Virus record (IMG/VR): IMGVR_UViG_3300013193_000001
Length of the DNA: 42,138 bases
Origin: a virus
Strand: one strand, 5' to 3'
Made by a program: the position numbers and the translations under genes. The notes beneath the pieces were generated by a model, which searched no databases, was not told where the DNA came from, and saw only the letters and a program-made list of their open reading frames with translations. The stretch's first letter is position 1, and the number at the start of each line of letters is the position of its first letter. Positions 36,246 to 42,138 of the stretch are shown here, piece by piece.

Positions 36246-36790
36246 ACACAGCCCGACCAGCAGGCAGGGGAGTGCAAGCCTCCCCACGGGCACCAGGCCG
36301 CCAGCCCCTCCCTAGGGGATAGACGAGGGACTGGACGGCCACGCAGTACAGAGAACTCAATAGTGAAGAGCGCCGGAAGATACCGGCCGGACGAGCGTGG
36401 TTCATAGATCAGGCCCCATTGGGCCGCCCGACAGGGTGCCAGGACTCCGGCAAGTACATAAGTACAGGAACCCTCACCCTGGAGTGGTGAGGAGGGAGCG
36501 AACGGCGCGGACAGAAATACCAGGCCTGACAGGACAAAACACATTTTCTTACACCTACAACCGAGGCAAAGGAATGTGCTTGCAAAAGACTCCGGGGTTC
36601 GATTCCCCGGCAGGCCACTGGGGTGGGTGCGACGTGTTACTGGCGTCGTAAGTGAAGGAGCGGGCGGCCCCGCCACTGACCCGCACCTGCACCCACCCCT
36701 TTATTTAGACATAAGTGCGGCCCCCTACGAATTGGGAGTGTGGGGGCCGATCGTTAAGGCCCAATGAGGTGGGCCTTTTTTAGTACGACA
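36246..36790 (+). ncRNA. ORF-free, highly structured region (candidate ncRNA / antitermination or regulatory leader) ending in an intrinsic terminator
   Basis: At least 8 GC-rich hairpins: GGGGAG/CTCCCC; GGCCC/GGGCC; CCTCAC/GTGAGG; CGGGGTTCGATTCCCCG (tRNA T-arm-like); 9-bp long-range pair GGGTGGGTG (36624-36632)/CACCCACCC (36693-36701); GCGGCCCCC/GGGGGCCG (36717-36749). Terminator GGCCCA...TGGGCC plus T6 at 36757-36783. Confidence 0.4.
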
Positions 36791-36810
36791 CTCAAAAAGG
36801 GAGGTCTGTA

Positions 36811-36984
36811 ATGGACACTACCACATGGCTGCTGGCCGATGAGGCAGCCGAGTACATGAGGATGGACCGTGACACTGTGTACACGCTTTTGCAGCGCAGC
36901 GAGTTGCGCGGCGTGAAAGTTGGCCGCAGGTGGCGTGTGCGCCGCGAATGGTGCGACGCCTTTTTGATGGGGGAGTCAGTATGA
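36811..36984 (+). CDS. excisionase-family / HTH_17 DNA-binding protein
   Basis: 57 aa: WLLADEAAEYMRMDRDTVYTLLQRSELRGVKVGRRWRVRREWCDAFL. GGGAGG RBS. Confidence 0.65.
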   Translation: MDTTTWLLADEAAEYMRMDRDTVYTLLQRSELRGVKVGRRWRVRREWCDAFLMGESV

Positions 36985-37065
36985 GCTGGCTAAAAAGATT
37001 GTTCCGCCGCGGCCGTCATCGTAAGCCCCGCACCCTGAAATTCACCATGCAATGGAGGTAACAAA

Positions 37066-37266
37066 TTGCGTCAGATTACGCACGCCGAGGCGAAAGCCCA
37101 CATGACTGATATTGAAACCCGCCTGAAAACCATCTACCAACTGGCGCACCTACCTGAGAAGACGCGCCGCCAGATTCTCAACCTCGCCGGCGGGGCAAAC
37201 AACATCGCCGGCCAAATCGCAGCCCATGAAAGGAAAACCCGCCATGCCAACCACCAATCCAAATAA
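37066..37266 (+). CDS. hypothetical protein
   Basis: 66 aa; TTG start after a GGAGGTAACAAA RBS. Confidence 0.4.
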   Translation: MRQITHAEAKAHMTDIETRLKTIYQLAHLPEKTRRQILNLAGGANNIAGQIAAHERKTRHANHQSK

Positions 37267-37423
37267 CCGCCCAGAACGCAAAGCCCCCACCTACAAAGAA
37301 CTCGCCTACTGGCAAGACACCGCCGCAAAACGAGTTCGCCTGTGCTGGGCTACCGGAATCTTCGGCGGCATGCTCGGATTCCTCCTTCACGCGATCATTT
37401 CCATGCCACCCGTCTGGTTATAG
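37244..37423 (+). CDS. small membrane protein
   Basis: C-terminal TM GIFGGMLGFLLHAIISM. The ATG at 37244 lies within the 37226..37423 ORF. Confidence 0.4.
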   Translation: MPTTNPNNRPERKAPTYKELAYWQDTAAKRVRLCWATGIFGGMLGFLLHAIISMPPVWL

Positions 37424-37448
37424 CCAACACCACACTAGGAGAACCCCA

Positions 37449-37628
37449 ATGCCACTCTTCGCTCCAGAGTCCACCTATCCCAGCCGGGAAGCTAAGAAAG
37501 TCGCACTGTCGCGTCTCGAAGGTGAAGTCCTCGACTGGATGCGCGACCACGGAGAAGTATTCCCAACGCTGCGGGACCTCTGCCATGAAATCAGCACCCG
37601 CATTGATAAGGAACGAGAAAACCTATGA
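37449..37628 (+). CDS. hypothetical protein (59 aa)
   Basis: ATG with a TAGGAGAACCCCA RBS; ATGA-coupled to the next gene. Below the 60-aa cutoff of the ORF track. Confidence 0.5.
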   Translation: MPLFAPESTYPSREAKKVALSRLEGEVLDWMRDHGEVFPTLRDLCHEISTRIDKERENL

Positions 37629-37807
37629 CACCACCCAAGCCAAGCGACCTCAAACCCACTGAGCTTGACCGCCGTATCCAAGAAGCCCATCACACCATGA
37701 TGGTTTTCCTTGACCGCGGCTACAGCGAAGACACCGCCGTCGAGCTCACCGACATCACGCTTACCCGCCATGACCGACGTACGCTCCTGGACTCCGTAGA
37801 CCTATGA
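37625..37807 (+). CDS. hypothetical protein
   Basis: 60 aa; ATGA couplings on both sides. Confidence 0.5.
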   Translation: MTPPKPSDLKPTELDRRIQEAHHTMMVFLDRGYSEDTAVELTDITLTRHDRRTLLDSVDL

Positions 37808-37977
37808 ACTATCAAACCACACGCGCCACCCTGCGCCGTTGGGCCGCAGGAAAACACATCACCAAAGCCCAACTCCAAGACCTCAAAGACAACGGCTACA
37901 TCACCACCCTCGACGACGGGCAAAACCGCCTCACCGTCCACGGCACCCGACTCATCACCGGAAAGGACCCCAAATAA
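37804..37977 (+). CDS. hypothetical protein (57 aa)
   Basis: ATGA coupling upstream and TAATG coupling downstream. Confidence 0.45.
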   Translation: MNYQTTRATLRRWAAGKHITKAQLQDLKDNGYITTLDDGQNRLTVHGTRLITGKDPK

Positions 37978-38384
37978 TGACCTGGATTAGCAAAAACCTC
38001 ACCCTCGACCTCCTCGCCATCGGCATCCACGCCATGCAAAAAACCTTCGACCGCATCAAAGAAGAACCTGACACGCAGTCCCCATGGCCGCACCAGGAGG
38101 CACCAGCCGCGGAACCGCACCCAGTAGAGGAAGCACCCGCGCCGAAGGAAGAACCGGCCGCCGCGCCCGCCCCGGAGCCAAAGCCTGAGCCACAGGAAGA
38201 GGACACCCCCGACCTCCTGCCCGAAGCACAAAACACCCTCCGCGCCATCAGCATGGACGAAGGCCCGGGCTGGATTACCGGAACCCTATTCCCACATTTC
38301 AACGTCCAATCACTTACCGACGTACCAGTCGACAAACTCCCGGAGCTCATCACCATGGCCCAAAAACACCGCAAGGGAGACTAA
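37977..38384 (+). CDS. hypothetical protein with Pro/Glu-rich linker
   Basis: The ATG at 37977 lies within the 37839..38384 ORF (whose upstream part is R/H/P-rich junk). 135 aa. Confidence 0.5.
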   Translation: MTWISKNLTLDLLAIGIHAMQKTFDRIKEEPDTQSPWPHQEAPAAEPHPVEEAPAPKEEPAAAPAPEPKPEPQEEDTPDLLPEAQNTLRAISMDEGPGWITGTLFPHFNVQSLTDVPVDKLPELITMAQKHRKGD

Positions 38385-38387
38385 ACA

Positions 38388-39821
38388 ATGGCAGAAGTCT
38401 ACGTCCCCCTACTTGATGCCACCAGCATCGACTTCACTAATGACGATGAGCGCGCCGGGGTAGAAAAGACCATCACCCAAGCTGGGATTACTCACATCGA
38501 AGATGACCGCGGCGACATCAGGAAAATCTTCGGCCGGCTCAACAAGAAAACCGTCCCCCTTAATAACGGTGGTGATGGTCCGCAGCGTCTTACTTTCGAC
38601 AAGGTAAAGACGTTCGGCACGATGGAGGAGAAGAAAGCCGCCCCGTCGGCCGAAGTGCAGCACACTGGCCGCGCACACGCCGTGCTGTCTGCTTCCAGTT
38701 CTCACAGGTGGCTTAACTGCACGCCGGCGCCGCAGCTTGAAGCCCAATACCCGGACAGTGAGTCTGACGCCGCGGCGGAAGGTACTGCAGCCCATGAGCT
38801 CGCGGAGCACAAGCTACGCCTCCTCAACGGTGACGAGTCCACCCTCGTTGGCGACTCCGACTGGATTAACGAGGAGATGGATTCCTACACCGACGACTAT
38901 GTCGATAACGTGATGGCGGAGCTCGCGCGCGCCCAGGAAACCAGCCCGGCCGCGTTCCTCGCGATTGAACAGCGCCTCGACTTCTCCCACATCGTGCCGG
39001 ACGGTTTCGGCACCGGTGACGCTCTCATCGTCGGAGATGGCACCATGACCGTCATCGACCTGAAATACGGCAAAGGCGTAGAGGTTAGCGCGGTGGGTAA
39101 TCCGCAGATGCGCTTGTATGCGCTCGGCGCCCTTGCCCAGTTCGGCATGATTTACAACGTCGACCGGGTGCGCATGGTGATTTTCCAGCCACGCCTAAAC
39201 AACGTGAGCGTCGATGAGGTAAGCGTCGAAGAACTCACCACGTGGGCTAAGGAAGTGGTTGCCCCGCGCGCGCAACTCGCCATCAACGGTGAGGGAGAAC
39301 TTAACGCGGGGGAGTGGTGCCGATTCTGCCGGCACGCGCCACAATGCCCAGCACTCGCCGCCCAATACCTCGAGCCGCTGCCGAAGGAACCGGATGATGT
39401 GACGCCGGCGGCCCCCGCCCCAGACACACTCACCGATGACCAGGTAGCCAACATTGTCGCCTGGTCCGGGGAGATTAAAAAGTGGCTATCGAAGGTGGAG
39501 AAATTCGCCCTAGATGAAGCCAACAACGGGCATTACTACCCCGGGTTGAAGCTCGTGGAAGGCCGTAGCGTGCGCCGCTACACCGACGAGGACGCGGTTG
39601 CCGCCGCGGTCGAAAAGACCGGCCACGACCCGTACGAGAAGAAGCTCCTCGGCATTACTGCGATGACGAAAATGCTCGGCAAAAAGCAATTCCAGGACAC
39701 GCTCGGCGGCCTCGTACATAAACCGGCGGGCAAGCCCACGCTAGTGCCCGAGTCGGATAAGCGGCCGGCATTATCAGTTCCCACTGCAGACACAGTGTTC
39801 AAGAAACTGGAGGAAAGCTAA
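38388..39821 (+). CDS. DUF2800-type PD-(D/E)xK (Cas4/RecB-like) nuclease with N-terminal extension
   Basis: HAVLSASSSHRWLNC; GDALIVGDGTMTVIDLKYGKG; QMRLYALGA; C-terminal Cys cluster CRFCRHAPQC. The first 95 aa may be a fused or separate small domain. Confidence 0.65.
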   Translation: MAEVYVPLLDATSIDFTNDDERAGVEKTITQAGITHIEDDRGDIRKIFGRLNKKTVPLNNGGDGPQRLTFDKVKTFGTMEEKKAAPSAEVQHTGRAHAVLSASSSHRWLNCTPAPQLEAQYPDSESDAAAEGTAAHELAEHKLRLLNGDESTLVGDSDWINEEMDSYTDDYVDNVMAELARAQETSPAAFLAIEQRLDFSHIVPDGFGTGDALIVGDGTMTVIDLKYGKGVEVSAVGNPQMRLYALGALAQFGMIYNVDRVRMVIFQPRLNNVSVDEVSVEELTTWAKEVVAPRAQLAINGEGELNAGEWCRFCRHAPQCPALAAQYLEPLPKEPDDVTPAAPAPDTLTDDQVANIVAWSGEIKKWLSKVEKFALDEANNGHYYPGLKLVEGRSVRRYTDEDAVAAAVEKTGHDPYEKKLLGITAMTKMLGKKQFQDTLGGLVHKPAGKPTLVPESDKRPALSVPTADTVFKKLEES

Positions 39822-40030
39822 TGCATCTAGTAAACCGTCTGTATCAATCTCGACGCGACTTCCAAGGCACGTTCGCATGTTCCCACTGTGGAAAAGAGAG
39901 CGTGCAATGGGGATACGACGACGCAAATTTTCATCACAACGTCATTCCCAAGATGGAATGCCCCCACTGCGGCCTCACCGGTGGCGGGACAACGTCATCC
40001 CCGATTATCCCGGCAGGACTAAACATTTAG
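39821..40030 (+). CDS. small zinc-ribbon protein
   Basis: CSHCGK...CPHCGL (two CxxC pairs); ATGA coupling. Confidence 0.5.
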   Translation: MHLVNRLYQSRRDFQGTFACSHCGKESVQWGYDDANFHHNVIPKMECPHCGLTGGGTTSSPIIPAGLNI

Positions 40031-40122
40031 TCCTTTTCTTTTTGCCGCTGGTCGACGAGATTAACCGGCACCCATGAACCAACAACAATCCACCAACCAA
40101 TGTTCCAAGGAGGAACCACACC

Positions 40123-40719
40123 ATGGCTAAGACCAACCGCGACGTCACCGTATATGGCCGACTATCATTCGAGCACCTATTCACACCACACGCCGTCAAC
40201 GAAAACGCAGACCCCAAGTACTCCATGACCCTGCTCATTCCCAAGACGGACACCAAGACCGTTGAAGCACTCAACACGGCAATCAATAACGCAGTTCAGG
40301 ACGGCGTCGAACGCCACGTATTCAAGCAGGCCATCGACCCCGCACAGACCAAGTACCCGCCACTGCGCGACGGCGACAAGCCCAATGACAGCGGCGAGCC
40401 CCGCGGCCCGGAGTTCGCCGGCCACTGGTTCATCGCAGCCAAAGCCAGCACCAAGCGCAAGCCATTCGTCGTAGACGGGAACCTGCAGCCAATTATTGAC
40501 GAGTCGGAAATCTACTCCGGCTGCTACATCAACGCCGCAGTCCAGTTCTTCGCCTACGAGAACTCCGGCAACAAGGGCATTAGCGCTTCCTTGGTTGGCG
40601 TTCAGAAGGTCAAGGACGGCGAGCGCCTAGGCGGCCAGCCGCTGGAGGCCGAGGACGTGTTCTCCACTCTCGGCGGCGGTGCAAGGGCCCAGGCCGCTGA
40701 GCCGAACCTCGGCTTCTAA
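40123..40719 (+). CDS. DUF2815-family ssDNA-binding (SSB-like) protein
   Basis: 198 aa following DUF2800; GGAGGAACCACACC RBS; the DUF2800/DUF2815 pairing is common in phages. Confidence 0.6.
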   Translation: MAKTNRDVTVYGRLSFEHLFTPHAVNENADPKYSMTLLIPKTDTKTVEALNTAINNAVQDGVERHVFKQAIDPAQTKYPPLRDGDKPNDSGEPRGPEFAGHWFIAAKASTKRKPFVVDGNLQPIIDESEIYSGCYINAAVQFFAYENSGNKGISASLVGVQKVKDGERLGGQPLEAEDVFSTLGGGARAQAAEPNLGF

Positions 40720-40806
40720 ACGACACGCAACCATTAGTCCCTGGCCCGCGCGGCCGGGGACCTTTCCAATTACCTCACAAAACTTTACTGATTAAGGACA
40801 CCATCC

Positions 40807-41172
40807 ATGACCAACCCAACCCGTGACCAAATCCTCGCTGCGCACAGAGCACTCGCCCACCTATGTAACGCTGCAAGTGACGGACTGTTCATCAGTGAAC
40901 AGGCGGCTCACTCGATAAAAGACCAGGTACTCGACGCTCTCCCGCCGGTCCCATGCCCCACCATGGCCGATGTCGAATGGAACGATGAGCTGCACTACCT
41001 CGCAGAAGCGGAACAGAACATACACGGCCAGGTCATCATGCTGGGCTTAGACGAAAGCGGAATGATTGAATATTTCGTCCCCCGTCTTCGCGAATGTAGA
41101 TACGACGCGGCATACCGAGAAACCCTCACCCCAACCGGTCGCCGCTGCATACTCACGGAGGTGCAGGAATGA
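40807..41172 (+). CDS. hypothetical protein
   Basis: 121-aa ORF; C-rich codon bias like the rest of the early module. Confidence 0.5.
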   Translation: MTNPTRDQILAAHRALAHLCNAASDGLFISEQAAHSIKDQVLDALPPVPCPTMADVEWNDELHYLAEAEQNIHGQVIMLGLDESGMIEYFVPRLRECRYDAAYRETLTPTGRRCILTEVQE

Positions 41173-41414
41173 GAATTGATTATGGCCACCTGCGCCGCGT
41201 AGTAGCTGAGATGAAGCAGGGCGTATCCGCCACCACCAGGTACAGCTGGTTAGACCTCGCACAAGAAGTTCTACGTATGCGGAAAGAGCTAACAGACCTC
41301 CAAGAAGAAGCGCGATACGCCGCAAAAATCCACGCAACCGGGCCAGCTGCACAGCGGGTATTTGATGCCCTAGACACCACCATCAACCAAATCCTAGGAG
41401 AACACGATGCCTGA
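41169..41414 (+). CDS. hypothetical coiled-coil protein
   Basis: 81 aa; ATGA coupling. Confidence 0.45.
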   Translation: MRIDYGHLRRVVAEMKQGVSATTRYSWLDLAQEVLRMRKELTDLQEEARYAAKIHATGPAAQRVFDALDTTINQILGEHDA

Positions 41415-41775
41415 CCTCACCACCATGCACCTGAAATGCCTACTCGAGCAGGCCACACCCGGGCCGTGGGAGTACAAGCTGGAGGACGGATACATCATGG
41501 GCGATCTGGTCGAAATGCTCAACGGGTGGATACAAACCGCCGACGGGAAAACAGTGCTGGGCACCGGATTGGAGATCAACGACGAGCAGGAACTTCGGAA
41601 CCTCGCGCTCGCAGCCACCGCCCCAGAACTCGCACAGGAACTAATCCGCCTACGCGGCGAGATTAAGGGACTAATCACCGCAATGGAGGTCAAAGCAGCC
41701 ACCGGCGAATCCCAGTCACCCGCAATCATCGCAGGCTACCTAAAAGAAATCGTCCTAGGAGAAGCCAATGAATAA
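41407..41775 (+). CDS. GPWEY-motif protein (paralog A)
   Basis: LLEQATPGPWEYKLEDGY...AATAPELAQELIRLRGE, homologous to the next gene. Confidence 0.55.
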   Translation: MPDLTTMHLKCLLEQATPGPWEYKLEDGYIMGDLVEMLNGWIQTADGKTVLGTGLEINDEQELRNLALAATAPELAQELIRLRGEIKGLITAMEVKAATGESQSPAIIAGYLKEIVLGEANE

Positions 41776-42130
41776 CCTCCTCACCGACCACCTCAAGCAC
41801 CTACTCAGCCAAGCCACATTAGGCCCGTGGGAATACGACCCCGGACAGCAAGAGGACGAGCGGTGCATAGTCGACGCTGAAACTTGGAATATGTGCATTA
41901 ACCCGACGCCTAACGGAGAAGGTTCTTCATGCTCAGACGCTGAGCTCTACCTCGCCGCTTTGGCACCGGAGCTCGCACAGGAAGTAATCAAACTTCGCGA
42001 CGCGCTCGTATACCTCGTAGAAGAAGCACTACTCGCCGCCGAAAATAGCGACGATGTAGTAGTCCAAAAGCGAGTAGCCGATGCCATAAAAACCACCGTC
42101 GCAAAAATCCAAGGAGACCACGATGAGTAA
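41768..42130 (+). CDS. GPWEY-motif protein (paralog B)
   Basis: LLSQATLGPWEYDPGQ...AALAPELAQEVIKLRDA. Its 3' end is duplicated at window positions 1-99. Confidence 0.55.
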   Translation: MNNLLTDHLKHLLSQATLGPWEYDPGQQEDERCIVDAETWNMCINPTPNGEGSSCSDAELYLAALAPELAQEVIKLRDALVYLVEEALLAAENSDDVVVQKRVADAIKTTVAKIQGDHDE

Positions 42131-42138
42131 GCAAGACC
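42032..42138. repeat. 107-bp terminal duplication identical to 1..107 (circular permutation of assembly or direct terminal repeat)
   Basis: Exact identity read directly from both window ends. Confidence 0.9.

Noticed and set aside
36525-36630. tRNA or tmRNA gene around the CGGGGTTCGATTCCCCG motif
   Set aside because: The candidate 5' acceptor (GGCCTGA) matches only 6 of 7 and lies about 62 nt upstream. No D-arm or anticodon arm can be folded. No tag-peptide-like ORF was seen.
36077-36676. 199-aa - strand ORF spanning the cro gene and the structured region
   Set aside because: Antisense to the cro-like gene. Pro/Gly/Cys/Arg-rich low-complexity translation with no RBS.
36981-37061. 26-aa Arg/Lys-rich ORF (MSWLKRLFRRGRHRKPRTLKFTMQWR) ATGA-coupled to the Xis-like gene
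   Set aside because: Too short and compositionally extreme to call without comparative support. Left unannotated.

Overview
This window is essentially a complete temperate siphovirus (prophage-type) genome of about 42.0 kb from a high-GC Gram-positive host, probably an actinobacterium such as a Corynebacterium-like host. It is circularly permuted by the assembly: bases 1-107 are identical to 42032-42138, and the first gene in the window (92..397) overlaps the stop of the last one (41768..42130).

Gene order on the + strand:
- An early/replication module: small proteins, a PrimPol + VirE/D5-type P-loop primase-helicase, an iteron cluster, a VRR-NUC nuclease, an SNF2 helicase and an HNH nuclease.
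- A lambda-like head module: putative TerS, TerL, portal, ClpP-like protease/scaffold, decoration protein, major capsid protein and head-tail connectors.
- A tail module: major tail protein, G/GT chaperones with a canonical -1 frameshift, a 1667-aa tape measure carrying NlpC/P60 and SLT-like motifs, Dit, Tal, and an 871-aa tail fibre with a triplicated domain, BNR/Asp-box motifs and a collagen-like stretch.
- A low-GC islet with three small paralogous genes, a CBM5/12-like repeat protein, a free-standing NUMOD4/HNH homing endonuclease, and a lysis cassette (Amidase_2 endolysin, holin, two membrane proteins).

On the - strand:
- A promoter/operator-equipped two-gene moron (64-aa protein + HTH protein).
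- attP, defined by a tRNA 3'-end-like core flanked by TCCACGACA arm repeats, followed by a tyrosine integrase.
- An immunity operon: HTH protein, ImmA-like HEXXH peptidase and a translationally coupled bPH+SHOCT protein.

Back on the + strand:
- A Cro-like HTH, then a roughly 540-bp ORF-free, hairpin-dense region containing a tRNA T-arm-like motif and ending in an intrinsic terminator.
- An Xis/HTH_17-like protein, small genes, a DUF2800 Cas4-like nuclease, a zinc-ribbon protein, a DUF2815 SSB-like protein, and tandem paralogs sharing a GPWEY motif that run across the circular junction.

The structural block (about 6970-27524) has codon third positions dominated by G/T, whereas the early, lysis and lysogeny genes are strongly C-ending. 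This suggests a mosaic origin. All functional calls are based on motifs read by eye and on synteny; no database searches were run.
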